DNA from: an uncultured Anaerolineales bacterium
GTDB lineage: Bacteria > Chloroflexota > Anaerolineae > CG2-30-64-16
Length of the DNA: 64,000 nucleotides
Assembly: GCA_964551735.1 (NCBI GenBank)
Contig: CAZKEF010000025.1
Span: forward strand, 10,595-74,594
Direction: 5' to 3'
Positions 19,678-31,221 of the stretch are shown piece after piece; positions within the stretch are counted from its first letter, which is position 1, and each line of letters begins with the position of its first letter. Both the position numbers and the translations under genes were made by a program. The notes below the pieces were generated by a model. It was not told the DNA's origin and made no database searches. It worked only from the letters and a program-made list of their open reading frames with translations.

Positions 19678-21117
19678 TTACCGCCCCCAACTCACCACCC
19701 GCTCCGCGGCGAAATCGTAGCTGAAGCGGATATCTTTGAGCACGGCTGGGAGGAAGGGCGCCTGGCCGGAGCCATCGGCGTTCATGCGGTAGAGCCGCCA
19801 CGCGCCAGCGCGGTTGCTGAGGAAGAGGAGGGATTTGCCGTCGGACGACCAAGCCGGCGCGACATTGTGCACGCCGCCGGTTGTGGTCGCGGTCAGTTGG
19901 GCCACCCGTTGGCCCGAGGCGTCGAACAGGAAGATATCGGTGCGATCGTGCAGCCGCACCTGGGCCGCGATGCGCGTGCCATCGAGGGACCAGGTCGGAC
20001 TGCCCACCGCCGCATCCTGCACCAGGGTTTGGGGTGAACGACCAGGGCCGGTCGTCTGGAACCCATTGGCCCCGCGATAGAGGAGCGTGTCACTTCCAGG
20101 CTGCCAGGCGGCAGCCTGGGCATCAGCCGCGGCCGGGATGTCCAGCCAGCCCTGGCCGTCCGCGTTCACCCGCGCGATGCCCATGCGCTCAGTGGTCCGC
20201 TGCTCGTAATCTTGGATGCAGGTGCGGCCGAACGGGGTCACCAGACAATCCTGTCCACCGAAGCGGGCGCGCAGGGTCGCCTCATCAAGGCAGCCGAAAG
20301 GACTCACCAGACAAGTGTCGGTGCCGATCAGGTGAACGAACGCGATCTGGCTGCCGTCTGGGCTCCAGGTTGGGCTGCGTGGCCGGTTAGCAGAGACCAC
20401 GCGGCGCTCCTGACCAGCGTGCAGATCAAGTAGGAAGACGCCGTGGGGCGCGCCCCAGCGGGTAAAGGCGACCTGCGTACCATCAGGTGAAAGCGCGGGA
20501 TCGATGCCGTCGGTCAATCGGCGCAGGCCTGAACCATCCGCGTTCACCAGGTAGAGGTCTCCGCCGGTGGCGACCTGAAACACGATCTTGCCCGCCAGGC
20601 GCGGCGCGGTTGCGGCTGGCCGCGTCACGGCCGGTGCAACAGCCAGCAGTTCGACGGTTTGGGACACCACCGGTAATCCGGCGGTGTCCCCGAACAGCTT
20701 GAGGTCACGCGCAGCAGCCCAGGCGCGCCCACCCTCGCCATAGGCCACCCACAGCCAGGCGCCATTCGCACTGCGCCCTTCAGCCCGAAACGTTTGCGCA
20801 CCAGGAACTTGGACCACAACCTCGGCAGTCTCCTGTGGTTCCGCGCGCAGCACAATCGTCGAACGCTGACCCAGGGCCAGCAGGCGCGTCGGGGTGGGTT
20901 CGACCGGCGCAACAGCCGTCGCCGCAGGGGCTGGGCTGGATGTGGTTGGAGCTGCTGGGGCAAGCGTGCTGCCAGCAGAGACTGGCACCGCTGCCGACGC
21001 TGTTGGTCCAGGCGCCAGCAGCACCGGCGTCAGTGTGGGCGTGACAGGGCGCTGAGAAACAACCTGGCAGCCTGCTAATGTCAGGCTCATGACAAACAGA
21101 AAAAAGTGCCTACGCAT
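19678..21117 (-). CDS. TolB-like beta-propeller lipoprotein (PD40/WD40-like repeats) with an Ala/Pro-rich linker
   Basis: Lipobox MRRHFFLFVMSLTLAGCQ. Repeated DGSGLRRLTDG.DPALSPDGTQVAF / SPDGSQIAF / WSSDGKSLLFLSNRAGAWRLY motifs. 479 aa. Confidence 0.75.
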   Translation of the reverse strand: MRRHFFLFVMSLTLAGCQVVSQRPVTPTLTPVLLAPGPTASAAVPVSAGSTLAPAAPTTSSPAPAATAVAPVEPTPTRLLALGQRSTIVLRAEPQETAEVVVQVPGAQTFRAEGRSANGAWLWVAYGEGGRAWAAARDLKLFGDTAGLPVVSQTVELLAVAPAVTRPAATAPRLAGKIVFQVATGGDLYLVNADGSGLRRLTDGIDPALSPDGTQVAFTRWGAPHGVFLLDLHAGQERRVVSANRPRSPTWSPDGSQIAFVHLIGTDTCLVSPFGCLDEATLRARFGGQDCLVTPFGRTCIQDYEQRTTERMGIARVNADGQGWLDIPAAADAQAAAWQPGSDTLLYRGANGFQTTGPGRSPQTLVQDAAVGSPTWSLDGTRIAAQVRLHDRTDIFLFDASGQRVAQLTATTTGGVHNVAPAWSSDGKSLLFLSNRAGAWRLYRMNADGSGQAPFLPAVLKDIRFSYDFAAERVVSWGR

Positions 21118-21150
21118 TCCACTCGCCCCAGAAAAAGCGCCTATCACGCT

Positions 21151-21211
21151 GGATTCGAGGCTTCAGCCAGTTTTTCGCGTTGAGCATATGACCGGCCGAA
21201 GCCTCAATTCC
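21151..21211. repeat. 61 bp hairpin repeat element (MITE/REP-like), copy E
   Basis: GGATTCGAGGCTTCAGCCAGT-N19-ACCGGCCGAAGCCTCAATTCC. Lies in the gap between the TolB-like start and the permease stop. Confidence 0.75.
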
Positions 21212-21266
21212 GGGCAGTCTGGTTTGGCTTTCCTTTGAACTGCCTGCCGTTATCGTGACCCCTGGC

Positions 21267-22532
21267 TCACTCATAACGCAGCGCCTCGATCGGGTTCAGC
21301 CGTGAGGCGCGCGTAGCCGGATAGATGCCGAAAAACAAACCGACTGCGGCCGAAAAGCCGGTAGCCAGCAGGACGGACTGCGGGGTCACAACGGCTATCA
21401 GGTCGCTTTGCAGCCGTGAAATGCCGAACGCGCCGGCCGTGCCCAGCGCGACGCCCAACAGGCCGCCGATCATCGCCAGGATCACCGATTCGATCAAAAA
21501 CTGCACCAGGATATCCCGCCGCTTGGCTCCGACCGCCTTACGTAGGCCGATCTCCCGCGTGCGTTCCGTAACCGAGACCAGCATGATGTTCATAATGCCG
21601 ATGCCGCCCACCAACAGGCTGATGCCGGCGATGGCGCCCAGGAAGATGGTCAGCACGCCGGTGATCTGGCCGAAAATGGCAAGCAAATCCCGTTGGTTGA
21701 TCACCGTGAAGTCATCTTGGTCCTGAAAGCGAATGTCATGGCGCTGGCGCAGCAGATCAGTGATCTCCTGGGCCGCGGCCTCCATCCGATCCTCGCTCAC
21801 CACCTGGGCGTAAATGACCGACAGCATGGGCTCGCCCTGGCGGTTGAAGAAGCGGGGGAACAGGCGCTGATGGGCGGTGCTGAGGGGGACCATCACCACC
21901 TCATCCTGGTTGCCACCCGGCCCGCCCGTGCCCCCTTTCGATTCTAGCACGCCGATCACTTTGAACGGGATATTGTTGATCTTGATCGTGGCGCCGATGG
22001 GGTAGATCCCATCCTCATCGAAGAGCCGGGAGGCGATGCGGCTACCCAGCACGGTAACTCGCGCCCTCGTGTTCAGGTCGGTCTCATCAATAAAGCTGCC
22101 GAGATCGACTGGGAAATTGCGCACGCTGGCATAGGCTGGCGTAACGCCAGACACTGAAACCCGCAGATTGATCTTGCCGTAACTCACGTCGGCCGAAGAG
22201 AGCACCTCGGGCGCGACCCCCACGACATCAGGCACATTGAAGGGATCGGCCATCGCATCGGCGTCGCTCAGTGTTAGCGTCAAGCCCCCCGAGCTGCGCG
22301 CTCTGATGCTGCTGGAATCCAGGTTGCCTGAGACGACAAACAGCAAATTGGTGCCGATGCTTTGCAGTTGCGAGGCAACCAGGTTTTGCACCCCCTGCCC
22401 CACCGACAACAAAGTGATGACCGCGCCGACGCCAATGATGATGCCCAGCATTGTCAAGGCTGAACGCAGCTTGTTTACCGCTAAGGAGCGCAGAGCCAAG
22501 CGAATTTGCTCTAACACATCCATGCTCAGCAC
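21267..22532 (-). CDS. ABC transporter permease, MacB/FtsX family
   Basis: N-terminal [23 protein letters not shown], a large periplasmic domain, and C-terminal FtsX-like TMs. 421 aa. Its start overlaps the ATPase gene stop. Confidence 0.85.
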   Translation of the reverse strand: MLSMDVLEQIRLALRSLAVNKLRSALTMLGIIIGVGAVITLLSVGQGVQNLVASQLQSIGTNLLFVVSGNLDSSSIRARSSGGLTLTLSDADAMADPFNVPDVVGVAPEVLSSADVSYGKINLRVSVSGVTPAYASVRNFPVDLGSFIDETDLNTRARVTVLGSRIASRLFDEDGIYPIGATIKINNIPFKVIGVLESKGGTGGPGGNQDEVVMVPLSTAHQRLFPRFFNRQGEPMLSVIYAQVVSEDRMEAAAQEITDLLRQRHDIRFQDQDDFTVINQRDLLAIFGQITGVLTIFLGAIAGISLLVGGIGIMNIMLVSVTERTREIGLRKAVGAKRRDILVQFLIESVILAMIGGLLGVALGTAGAFGISRLQSDLIAVVTPQSVLLATGFSAAVGLFFGIYPATRASRLNPIEALRYE

Positions 22533-23290
22533 CCCCTCGGCTGACCCAGCCGGCTACGGTAGGCCGACTCGCCGGCCATGCGCGGCTCGGCAATCTGCTC
22601 GTCGCTGACGATCAGGCCGTCGTAAATGTGCAGGATGCGCCGGGTGTGCTCCGCGATGTCAGGCTCGTGGGTCACCAGGATGATGGTGATGCCTTGCTCG
22701 ATGTTGAGCTTCTGGAACAGCCCCATGACCTCAGCACCAACCTTGGAGTCCAGGTTACCGGTGGGCTCATCAGCCAGGATGATGCTGGGGCGGTTCACCA
22801 GGGCACGGGCGATGGCCACGCGCTGTTGTTGGCCGCCCGACAGCTCATTGGGGCGATGATGCAGCCGGTCACCCAGGCCAACGGCCTCCAGCGCATCTTT
22901 GGCCCGGGCGCGACGCTCAGTGGCGCGCACGCCGGCATATACTAACGGCAGCTCCACGTTCTGCAAAGCATCGGTGCGCGCCAGCAAGTTAAAATTCTGA
23001 AACACGAATCCGATGCGCCGACTGCGAATGGCGGCCAGGTCATCATCGCCCAAGCGCGAGATGTCATCCCCAGCAAGGTGGTAGGAGCCTGCCGTAGGCT
23101 GATCCAGGCAGCCAATGACGTTCATCAACGTGGATTTGCCAGAGCCGGAAGGCCCCATAATGGCCACCATTTCACCCTGACAGATCTGCAAACTGACGCC
23201 GCGGAGCGCGTGCACCTCAACATCGCCCATCTGGTAGACTTTGGTGATGTCTTGCAATGCGATGACTGCCCCATTACGTTGCTCATTCAT
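22526..23290 (-). CDS. ABC transporter ATP-binding protein (MacB-type ATPase)
   Basis: Walker [10 protein letters not shown], signature [15 protein letters not shown], Walker [12 protein letters not shown]. 254 aa. Confidence 0.9.
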   Translation of the reverse strand: MNEQRNGAVIALQDITKVYQMGDVEVHALRGVSLQICQGEMVAIMGPSGSGKSTLMNVIGCLDQPTAGSYHLAGDDISRLGDDDLAAIRSRRIGFVFQNFNLLARTDALQNVELPLVYAGVRATERRARAKDALEAVGLGDRLHHRPNELSGGQQQRVAIARALVNRPSIILADEPTGNLDSKVGAEVMGLFQKLNIEQGITIILVTHEPDIAEHTRRILHIYDGLIVSDEQIAEPRMAGESAYRSRLGQPRGC

Positions 23291-23293
23291 AGA

Positions 23294-24676
23294 CTAGAAC
23301 CCACCAAAGGTCTGCTGGAGTTGCTGTAGGCTTGTGCGGCTGCGGATAAGAATCTCATCGCCCTCACTCAACCCCTCGCTCACCTCGCTGCGCTGCTCAT
23401 CACGCAGACCCAGGCGCACTTCCACCCGCTGCGGCTCGCCGTTGGCCAGGCGCTCAACGAAGGTCCGCCCCGTCTCTCGCTCAAGCTGCACCGCACGATT
23501 GGGGATCATCAACACGCCCTCCTGCGTATTGGCCACAATGGTCGCCGTCGCGCTCATGCCCGCCCGGAGTGCCGGGGTAATCGAAGCGATGTCGATACGC
23601 ACCCTATAGGACACCCCGCCCGTAGGTGTAGTAATAGCCGCAGGCGCGATACGGAGCACCTCACCCGAGAATGCGACATTGGGCAGCGCATCTACCTCGA
23701 TCTTCACCGGCTGGCCGGGAGCAATAGCCGCCACATCTACCTCATCCACCTGCACATCCAAGTGAAACTTGCTGACATCAGCAAGCTGGATCGCCGGTGC
23801 TGCGGGTTGGGCTAGCGCGCCGATGACCGGGGTCACGTTGGTGACCACACCGGCCCAGGGCGCGACGATGCGCGCGTTCTGAAGCCGGCGTTGGGCCTGC
23901 TCCAGGGCCAGCTGCGCCTGATCCACACCCGCTTGCGCGATGGCGATCTGTTGTGCCGAAGGGCCGCGCTGCAGCCGATCAAGGCTGGCCTGCGCCTGGG
24001 TTACTTGGGCCTGCGCGGCTGCGATTTGCGAGGCCGTAGCCCCACGCGCGGCCACACGATACTGCGCTTGGGCCGTGTTGTAGTTGATCGTGGCTTGCTG
24101 GAGTTGCAGCGACTGCGGCAGAAGTCCGACATCGGGCCTGTCTTTGACCCGGTCATAGGCTTGCTGCGCTTGATCCAGTGAGGCTTTGGCCTGTTCAACC
24201 TGTGCGCGGGCGGCCGCAAGCTGATCCTTGTCAGAACCCTGCAACAACTGCGCGTAAGCTGCCTGAGCACTTTCCAAGGCGGCCTGCGCCGCAGCGATAT
24301 CGCTCTCGTTCGATCCTTCTTGAACCTGTTGCAGTTGCGCCTGGGCCTGGCGCACGCCGATCTCGGCCTGGCGCACGGCCAACGCCAGGTCGGTCGTGTC
24401 AAGTTGGGCCAACATCTGCCCAGCGCTCACCCGCTCACCCACTTCAACCGCCACGTTGGCTACAGTCCCCGAAGTTTGAAAGGCTAGGCCCGCCTCACGC
24501 TCCGGCAACACCGCCCCGGTCGCGCTCACAGTTGCGGAGATCGTGTCTCGCACGACACGGACCACCTCCCATGAAGGCGCGGCCGCCGCGCGCCCCTGTT
24601 CCATGCGCTGATAGGCGACCCACCCGCCGCCGGCCGCAATGGCCAGGATCAGCAAGACAACGATGAATTTCCGCAT
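23294..24676 (-). CDS. HlyD/MacA-family periplasmic adaptor (membrane fusion protein)
   Basis: N-terminal TM MRKFIVVLLILAIAAGGGW, a long Ala/Gln coiled coil, and C-terminal beta-barrel/lipoyl-like segments. 460 aa. Forms the operon adaptor-ATPase-permease. Confidence 0.85.
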   Translation of the reverse strand: MRKFIVVLLILAIAAGGGWVAYQRMEQGRAAAAPSWEVVRVVRDTISATVSATGAVLPEREAGLAFQTSGTVANVAVEVGERVSAGQMLAQLDTTDLALAVRQAEIGVRQAQAQLQQVQEGSNESDIAAAQAALESAQAAYAQLLQGSDKDQLAAARAQVEQAKASLDQAQQAYDRVKDRPDVGLLPQSLQLQQATINYNTAQAQYRVAARGATASQIAAAQAQVTQAQASLDRLQRGPSAQQIAIAQAGVDQAQLALEQAQRRLQNARIVAPWAGVVTNVTPVIGALAQPAAPAIQLADVSKFHLDVQVDEVDVAAIAPGQPVKIEVDALPNVAFSGEVLRIAPAAITTPTGGVSYRVRIDIASITPALRAGMSATATIVANTQEGVLMIPNRAVQLERETGRTFVERLANGEPQRVEVRLGLRDEQRSEVSEGLSEGDEILIRSRTSLQQLQQTFGGF

Positions 24677-25029
24677 ACCGATATTCCTCGACAGAAGTGT
24701 GGATTCCGTTTGATCACCATTGAACTAACTACGCCATTATCGCGCCATACGATCATTTTGCTCCGCAAGGTACATTCCCGATGCGGCGCGCGCTTACCGA
24801 CCAATCGCCTGCGCACGGCTCTCACATCCTTGTTCTTTACGTAGCGAGCCTCCTACAGGTTGCACGCGCGCATAGCACTGAGGCCTTGTCAAGAGTTGCA
24901 CAAGAAGCGCACTTGTGATATGCTTCCACCATTGGTGTACAGAACAAGCACGAACCGGCCGCAGCCCAAACATGACTGCACGGCACAATGACAGACGAGC
25001 AAACTGCTCATATCTATAAGGAGATGAAG

Positions 25030-25653
25030 ATGGGCAAACGCATAATTCCGGATATTGTAATCGGACGGTTACCTGTTTACCTGCGGGCCTTGGGGTTTCT
25101 GATCGCTGAAGGGCGCCAGATCACATCCTCCCAAGAGCTGGGTGACAGACTGGGCATCTCGTCAGCGCAGATCCGAAAGGACTTATCGCATTTCGGTGAG
25201 TTTGGGAAGCAGGGTACCGGATACGACATCACCTTCCTATACGACCAGCTACGCCAAATCCTGAAGGTTGACCAAATGTGGGATGTTGCCCTGGTGGGCG
25301 CAGGCAACCTGGGCAAGGCCATAGCCGACTATAATGGCTTTGCGGGCAAGGGTTTCGTCATCCGGGCGATCTTCGATAACGATCCCGCCAAGATCGGACA
25401 ACCGATGGGCATCCACAACACTCTGGTGCAGCCGATCGCTGAGCTGGCGAGCACCATCGGCGAGAAAGAGTTGGCGGTGGGCATCATCGCAACTCCAGCC
25501 GAAGAAGCGCAGGCCATTGCGCGGATCATGGTAGATGCCGGCGTCAAGGCTATCCTGAACTATGCGCCCATCACCCTCACAGTGCCGAATCACGTGCGCG
25601 TGCAGTATATTGATCCGGTCGTAGGCTTGCAGCGCATGACTTACTACCTCTAG
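25030..25653 (+). CDS. rex: Redox-sensing transcriptional repressor Rex
   Basis: Winged-helix N-terminus ([23 protein letters not shown]...[35 protein letters not shown]), Rossmann motif [22 protein letters not shown] ribosome-binding site 6 nt before the ATG. Confidence 0.9.
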   Translation: MGKRIIPDIVIGRLPVYLRALGFLIAEGRQITSSQELGDRLGISSAQIRKDLSHFGEFGKQGTGYDITFLYDQLRQILKVDQMWDVALVGAGNLGKAIADYNGFAGKGFVIRAIFDNDPAKIGQPMGIHNTLVQPIAELASTIGEKELAVGIIATPAEEAQAIARIMVDAGVKAILNYAPITLTVPNHVRVQYIDPVVGLQRMTYYL

Positions 25654-25680
25654 CGCCGTTTAGCTGGGAATCAAGCGTTG

Positions 25681-25716
25681 CCCCGTCGTGCCTGACGCGG
25701 CGGGGCGCGCTTTTCC
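25681..25716 (+). terminator. Rho-independent terminator after rex
   Basis: gccccg...cggggc stem followed by gcgcTTTTcc. Confidence 0.5.
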
Positions 25717-25949
25717 ATCGCGGCTGCCACGAGGCCTGAGCCGGGCAAGTTACGCTCGGGGTGCCGAGCGCCTCGATGTCAGCCACCGAGATGCATGTCA
25801 AGCGACATGACCCGCATCATACATCCAGGAACCTCCCAGTGCTAAAATGATGGCAGTGCCCGACAATGCGCGCGTTTTCAGGTGCTCCTGCGGACGACAG
25901 TGAATCCATTAGTTTGGTAAGGCATCAATCGGCCTAGGGAGGTCGGCCT

Positions 25950-26387
25950 ATGCAGGCCAAGCGTACGGTCGCGGATATCATGACCGCTAATCCAACCACT
26001 GTAAGCCCCCGAAACGCCATTCGTACGGCGATCAACCTGATGCGGGAGGGCGGTTACCGCCGCTTGCCTGTGGTCGATCGCGGGCGTTTGGTGGGCATTA
26101 TTACTGACCGTGACCTGCGTCGTGCTGCAAACTCTCCATTTGTAGTGCGCGAGCAGTGGTACGATAATTTTATCCTGGATCATATCGAGGTGGGTTCTTG
26201 TATGACTCCGAACCCATTGACGATTGAGCCATCCACACCCATCGCCGAGGCGACGCGTTTGATGCGCAACCACAAGATCGGCGGCCTGCCAGTGGTAGCA
26301 GATGGGCAGTTAGTGGGCATCATCACCGAGACTGACCTGCTCGACTTCTTGATCGAGCTGCTGACAGGGGAAGGCGTACCTGTCTAA
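25950..26387 (+). CDS. CBS domain pair protein
   Basis: Two CBS motifs (DIMTANPTTVSP...RRLPVVDRGRLVGIITDRDL and CMTPNPLTI...GGLPVVADGQLVGIITETDL). 145 aa. GGGAGG ribosome-binding site. Confidence 0.85.
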   Translation: MQAKRTVADIMTANPTTVSPRNAIRTAINLMREGGYRRLPVVDRGRLVGIITDRDLRRAANSPFVVREQWYDNFILDHIEVGSCMTPNPLTIEPSTPIAEATRLMRNHKIGGLPVVADGQLVGIITETDLLDFLIELLTGEGVPV

Positions 26388-26421
26388 ATCCTCGGCATCA
26401 TGATGACCCCTTGAACCAGCA

Positions 26422-26450
26422 CACCTGCGAAGTCCCGCAGGTGTCTGTTT
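26422..26450 (+). terminator. Terminator-like hairpin between the CBS and radical SAM genes
   Basis: cacctgcg aagtcc cgcaggtg followed by tcTgTTT. Confidence 0.4.
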
Positions 26451-26468
26451 GAATATGGAAAGTGTAGA

Positions 26469-28259
26469 ATGTTTAGTCGAGCCGATCTAGTCTTCTTACA
26501 TGCGCCCAGTGTCTATGACTTTCGCAAGCATTCCATCCTATATGGGCCCGTCAGCGACCTTGTGCCTTCCACACCTGTTTTCGAAATGTACCCCATCGGC
26601 TTCACAACGATGGCGGAGTATCTGGAACGGCATGGTCTGCGTGTGCGCATCCTCAACCTGGCCGTGCGCATGCTCAACGATGATGCATTCGACCCGGAGG
26701 CGCTGATCAAGTCCATCAACCCGACGGCTTTCGGCATTGACCTGCACTGGTTGCCGCACGCCCACGGCGCCCTGGCCGTTGCCGAGATGGTCAAGCGCCA
26801 TCACCCGGATACGCCCATCATCTTCGGCGGGTTCTCTTCGACCTACTTCCACGAGGAGTTGATCCGTTATCCCTTTGTGGATTTCGTGATCCGCGGCGAC
26901 TCAGCCGAGGAGCCGCTCCGCCAGCTCGTCAATCACCTCACCGGCACGCGCAACGCGCCAGCCTTGAAGGATATCCCGAACCTGACGTGGAAGGCGCACG
27001 ATGGCACGGTGAATGTCAACCCGCAGACTTACCGGCCCGATACCCTGGATCACGTGATGCTGGATTATCGCTACGTGGTGCGCGCGGCCGCGCGTGAGCT
27101 GGACCTGAGCAGCTACGTGCCGTTCAAGGATTGGACCGATTACCCCATCATGGCCGCACTAAGCTGTCGGGGCTGCACCCAAAGCTGCGTGATCTGCGGC
27201 GGCTCGGCCGCTTCTTTCAAGCAGATGCATGGACGCGACAAGCCCGCGTTCCGCAACCCTGAGCAGTTGGCGCAGGATGTTCGACGCATCGCGACCATGA
27301 GCAGCGGACCCGTGTTCGTGCTGGGCGATCTACGCCAGGCGGGTCGTGGCTATGCCCAACGCTTCTTTGACGCGATCCGCGGGTTCTCCGGCCCGGTGAT
27401 GTTGGAGCTTTTCTCCCCAGCGTCGCGCGGCTTCCTGGAAGAAATGGGCAAGGCACTGCCGAACTTCACCCTGGAGGTCTCGCTGGAGAGCCATGACCCC
27501 GTCGTCCGCCACGCTTTCGGCAAGCATTATGACAACCGGCCCATCGAGCGCACTATGGCCGACGCGCTGGATGCAGGCGCCAAACGGCTGGACGTCTTCT
27601 TCATGGCGGGCCTGCCCCAACAGACCGCGGCGTCGGTGCTGGGGACCATTGACTACTGCGAGGACCTCCTGCGCCGCTTCGGGAAAGACGGCCGGCTGGC
27701 CCCGTTCATCTCGCCTCTGGCGCCCTTCCTCGATCCCGGCAGCCGCGGCTTCGAGAACCCTGACGAGCACGGCTACATTCTACAAGCCCACACCTTGGAA
27801 CAACACCGCCGGCTACTGGTTGCGCCAAGTTGGAAGTACGTGCTAAACTATGAGACACGGTGGATGGATCGCCACCAGCTTGCTGATGCCACCTACACTG
27901 CCGGCAAACAGCTCAACCGCATCAAGGCTGAGTATGGGCTGGTGCCAGTGGCACAGGCTGAGGCCACCGAGCGCCGCATCAACGAAGCAGTCAGGCTGCT
28001 CGCTGAGATTGACCGATTGCTTGCCACCACCAGCAAGGTCGAGTTCCAGAACGAAATGGCACGCTTGCGACCGGAAATCGAACAGGCGAACATGTCCACC
28101 GTGTGCGACAAACGTGAGCTGAACGTAGACGTCAACGGCCCCAAAATCCGTTACGCCCAGGTTGCGCAGATCATCGTCCAGGATGCCCTGCAATCGTTGG
28201 GGCGAGCGGCGAGCGCACCGTTCCGGCGTCCGGCCTCAGCTTATGTGAGAAGTGAATAG
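26469..28259 (+). CDS. B12-binding domain / radical SAM domain protein (class B radical SAM, function unknown)
   Basis: N-terminal cobalamin-binding-like domain (LVFLHAPSVYDF...). Radical SAM cluster motif CRGCTQSCVICGG, which contains CxxxCxxC. Large C-terminal extension. 596 aa. Confidence 0.75.
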   Translation: MFSRADLVFLHAPSVYDFRKHSILYGPVSDLVPSTPVFEMYPIGFTTMAEYLERHGLRVRILNLAVRMLNDDAFDPEALIKSINPTAFGIDLHWLPHAHGALAVAEMVKRHHPDTPIIFGGFSSTYFHEELIRYPFVDFVIRGDSAEEPLRQLVNHLTGTRNAPALKDIPNLTWKAHDGTVNVNPQTYRPDTLDHVMLDYRYVVRAAARELDLSSYVPFKDWTDYPIMAALSCRGCTQSCVICGGSAASFKQMHGRDKPAFRNPEQLAQDVRRIATMSSGPVFVLGDLRQAGRGYAQRFFDAIRGFSGPVMLELFSPASRGFLEEMGKALPNFTLEVSLESHDPVVRHAFGKHYDNRPIERTMADALDAGAKRLDVFFMAGLPQQTAASVLGTIDYCEDLLRRFGKDGRLAPFISPLAPFLDPGSRGFENPDEHGYILQAHTLEQHRRLLVAPSWKYVLNYETRWMDRHQLADATYTAGKQLNRIKAEYGLVPVAQAEATERRINEAVRLLAEIDRLLATTSKVEFQNEMARLRPEIEQANMSTVCDKRELNVDVNGPKIRYAQVAQIIVQDALQSLGRAASAPFRRPASAYVRSE

Positions 28260-28402
28260 CAGATCGCGAAATCATCGTAAGGGTGGGTTTCTGCGCATCA
28301 ACGGAACCCCTCTGCCACGATACCCTTTACATATCAGGCGGACCGGTGTTGCACGCGCCGATCCCGCCCCGACTACCAAACTGTCCCAAGGAGGTGACAG
28401 GT

Positions 28403-28642
28403 ATGGTCAAAGGCACTGTCGTTATCGAAGTTGACCGCTGCAAGGGCTGCGAGTTATGTACCACCGTGTGCCCGCAGGGCATTCTTCACATGAGCCGCGA
28501 CCAGTTTAACGCCCGCGGCTATCGGCCAGTAGTTTTGGTTGACCCGGAACAGAATTGCACCGGGTGCGCGCTCTGCGCACTGATCTGCCCAGACGTCGTC
28601 CTGACCATCTACCGCTACGACTCGCGCAAGGCGCAAGCTTAG
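28403..28642 (+). CDS. 2-oxoacid:ferredoxin oxidoreductase delta subunit (2x[4Fe-4S] ferredoxin)
   Basis: [12 protein letters not shown] and [12 protein letters not shown] motifs. 79 aa. AAGGAGG ribosome-binding site. Confidence 0.85.
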   Translation: MVKGTVVIEVDRCKGCELCTTVCPQGILHMSRDQFNARGYRPVVLVDPEQNCTGCALCALICPDVVLTIYRYDSRKAQA

Positions 28643-28653
28643 GAGAAAAAGCC

Positions 28654-29751
28654 ATGGCAAGGGAGCTTTGGAAGGGCAACGAAGCCATCGCCGAAGCCGC
28701 CATCCGTGGCGGAGTTGAGGCGTTTTTCGGCTACCCCATCACCCCGCAGACCGAACTATTGGAATACATGTCGGCGCGCCTGCCGGCCCTGGGGCGCACC
28801 TTTCTGCAAGCCGAAAGCGAGGTCGCGTCGATCAACATGGTGTACGGCGCGGCGTGCGGCGGTGTGCGGGCCATGTCATCCTCGTCCAGCCCCGGCATCA
28901 GCCTGATGCAAGAAGGGCTGTCTTATATCGCGGCATCGGAAGTGCCTGCCGTGCTGGTGGACGTCATGCGCGGCGGCCCTGGCCTGGGCAATATCCAACC
29001 CAGCCAGGCCGACTACTTCCAGGTAACCCGCTCCGCGGGCCACGGCGACTTTCACCCCATCGTGCTGGCTCCAGCCACGGTGCAAGAGGCGATCGATCTC
29101 ACCTATAACGCCTTCGTGCTGGCCGAAAAATACCGCACAGTGGTCATCCTGGCGGCCGACGGTTCACTAGGTCAGATGATGGAACCCGCCGAAATGCCTC
29201 CGATGCGACCGTCGTTGACCGAAGCAGAACGGAGCGAATGGGCGGTGCGCGGCAACGCCAACCGGAAGAAACGCATCATCACCTCGCTGTTCCTCAAGGA
29301 AGCGGAATTGGAGGAACTGAACCGCCGGCTACAGGCAAAACTGCGCACGATCGAGTCTGCTGAACGCCGCTGGGCCGAATTGCATACCGAAGACGCGGAG
29401 TACCTGTTGGTGGCCTACGGCTCGGTTGGCCGCACCTGCATGACCGTGGTCAAGGAAGCGCGCGCCCAGGGCATCAAAGTCGGTCTGTTCCGGCCGATCT
29501 CCCTCTGGCCGTACCCCGGCCCGCGATTGCGCGAGCTGGCCGAAGGCAAGCGTGCCTTACTGGTGGTCGAAATGAGCGCCGGTCAAATGCTGGAGGATGT
29601 TCGCCTGACCATCGGCGATCGTGTCCCGGTGGAATTCTACGGTCGGATGGGCGGCGTCATGCCGCTGCCCGATGAAATCTTGGAAGCGCTGCGCGGAGTG
29701 GCTTTCGCCTATCGCGGCCTGGAAGATGGCGTCGAATCACGTTATATGTGA
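28654..29751 (+). CDS. 2-oxoacid:ferredoxin oxidoreductase alpha subunit
   Basis: [39 protein letters not shown]..., a KorA/PorA/VorB-type N-terminus. 365 aa. AGGAG ribosome-binding site. Confidence 0.85.
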   Translation: MARELWKGNEAIAEAAIRGGVEAFFGYPITPQTELLEYMSARLPALGRTFLQAESEVASINMVYGAACGGVRAMSSSSSPGISLMQEGLSYIAASEVPAVLVDVMRGGPGLGNIQPSQADYFQVTRSAGHGDFHPIVLAPATVQEAIDLTYNAFVLAEKYRTVVILAADGSLGQMMEPAEMPPMRPSLTEAERSEWAVRGNANRKKRIITSLFLKEAELEELNRRLQAKLRTIESAERRWAELHTEDAEYLLVAYGSVGRTCMTVVKEARAQGIKVGLFRPISLWPYPGPRLRELAEGKRALLVVEMSAGQMLEDVRLTIGDRVPVEFYGRMGGVMPLPDEILEALRGVAFAYRGLEDGVESRYM

Positions 29752-29772
29752 CGGTAGTCAGGAGTGATGAAA

Positions 29773-30576
29773 ATGACTGATGCAACCCTCATTACCCCGG
29801 AACAGATCATCGCCGAAGGCCAGGTGGTCTATCAGCGACCCGATGCCCTCTCTGAAACCTCAACGCACTACTGCCCCGGTTGCACGCACGGCATCATCCA
29901 CCGCTTGATCGCGGAGGCGATTGACGAACTGGGCATCGCGGGCAAGGCGATCCTGGTAGCGCCGGTGGGCTGCTCGGTGCTGATGTACTACTACTTCGAC
30001 GTAGATGCCGTGGAGGCGGCTCACGGTCGTGCGCCGGCCATGGCGACCGGCCTCAAACGCACACAGCCGGATAAGGTGGTGTTCACGTACCAGGGTGATG
30101 GGGACCTGGCCTCCATCGGCGCCGCCGAGATTCTGCACGCGGCCAACCGGGGGGAGAACATCACGGTCTTCTTCGTGAACAACGCCGTGTATGGCATGAC
30201 CAGCGGCCAGCTCGCGCCCACCTCCTTGCCGGGCCAGGTAACCACCTCGTCGCCACAGGGCCGCGACGTAAAGCTGCACGGCTACCCGATGCGCATGGCC
30301 GAGATCATCGCCGGGTTGCCAGGCACGGCCTATGTGGTGCGGCGTTCGGTCTACGACGCGCGCACCATCCGCCAGGCCAAGAAGGCTGTTGTGACGGCCC
30401 TCAAGACGCAATTGGCGGGCCTGGGCATGAGCATGGTCGAGTTCTTGTCGAGCTGCCCCACCAACTGGCATATGTCGCCGCCCGATGCGCTCACCTGGAT
30501 CAAGGACAACATGGTGCCTTATTTCCCGTTGGGTGACTTCAAGGTGGCAGACGAAGTCAAAGCGTTGGAACGTTGA
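29773..30576 (+). CDS. 2-oxoacid:ferredoxin oxidoreductase beta subunit (TPP-binding)
   Basis: YCPGCTHGI...GDGD TPP motif. AGGAG sits 8 nt before ATG 29773; the ORF-track GTG at 29764 is too close to the Shine-Dalgarno sequence. Confidence 0.8.
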   Translation: MTDATLITPEQIIAEGQVVYQRPDALSETSTHYCPGCTHGIIHRLIAEAIDELGIAGKAILVAPVGCSVLMYYYFDVDAVEAAHGRAPAMATGLKRTQPDKVVFTYQGDGDLASIGAAEILHAANRGENITVFFVNNAVYGMTSGQLAPTSLPGQVTTSSPQGRDVKLHGYPMRMAEIIAGLPGTAYVVRRSVYDARTIRQAKKAVVTALKTQLAGLGMSMVEFLSSCPTNWHMSPPDALTWIKDNMVPYFPLGDFKVADEVKALER

Positions 30577-30637
30577 ACCCTTCGGCATGCTCAGGGCAGG
30601 CCGTTGGAACGTGCAAACGTCAAAGGAGACAAGAAGA

Positions 30638-31192
30638 ATGCACGAGGAGATCATCTTCTCCGGGTTTGGCGGACAGGGCGCCCTGTTTGCGGGGCAATTG
30701 CTGGCCTACGCGGCGCTGGATTCTGGTCTGCAGGTGACATGGATCCCATCCTACGGGCCGGAAATGCGCGGCGGCACCGCGCATTGTACTGTGGTGATCG
30801 CCGATGAGCCAATCGGGTCGCCGCTGGTGCGCCGTCCGCACTCGGTGGTTGCGCTGAATCTGCCGTCGTTTGAGAAGTACGAACCACTCATCAGGCCTGG
30901 CGGCTTGCTGGTCTACAACCAGTCGTTAGTGCCCGCCACGCCTTCTCGCGCCGACATCCGGCACGTCGCCGTGCTGGCCAACGACATTGCTGAGGCGCTG
31001 GGCAACGTGCGCCAGGCCAACGTTGTGCTGTTGGGCGCCTACCTCGCCGCGACGGAATTGCTGCCACTGGGTGCTGTGGAAACAGCGTTGGATCACCATC
31101 TACCGGAACGCCAGCGCAAATACCTGGCGAGCAACAAAGAAGCGCTGCACCGCGGTGCGGCGAGCGTCATCACCACGCCCGCTGCGGCGTGA
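30638..31192 (+). CDS. 2-oxoacid:ferredoxin oxidoreductase gamma subunit
   Basis: [26 protein letters not shown]... 184 aa. AAGGAG ribosome-binding site. Confidence 0.85.
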   Translation: MHEEIIFSGFGGQGALFAGQLLAYAALDSGLQVTWIPSYGPEMRGGTAHCTVVIADEPIGSPLVRRPHSVVALNLPSFEKYEPLIRPGGLLVYNQSLVPATPSRADIRHVAVLANDIAEALGNVRQANVVLLGAYLAATELLPLGAVETALDHHLPERQRKYLASNKEALHRGAASVITTPAAA

Positions 31193-31221
31193 CCTGCACC
31201 ACTCAACAAGGAGGTTGAGTC

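Noticed and set aside
24890-24925. Rex operator upstream of rex
   Set aside because: Only an inside-out near-palindrome CACAAG-N7-CTTGTG is present, not TTGTGAA-N4-TTCACAA. Kept as a low-level note inside a finding.
29860-30654. 264 aa ORF antisense to the oxidoreductase beta subunit
   Set aside because: No motifs, opposite a conserved TPP-binding subunit.
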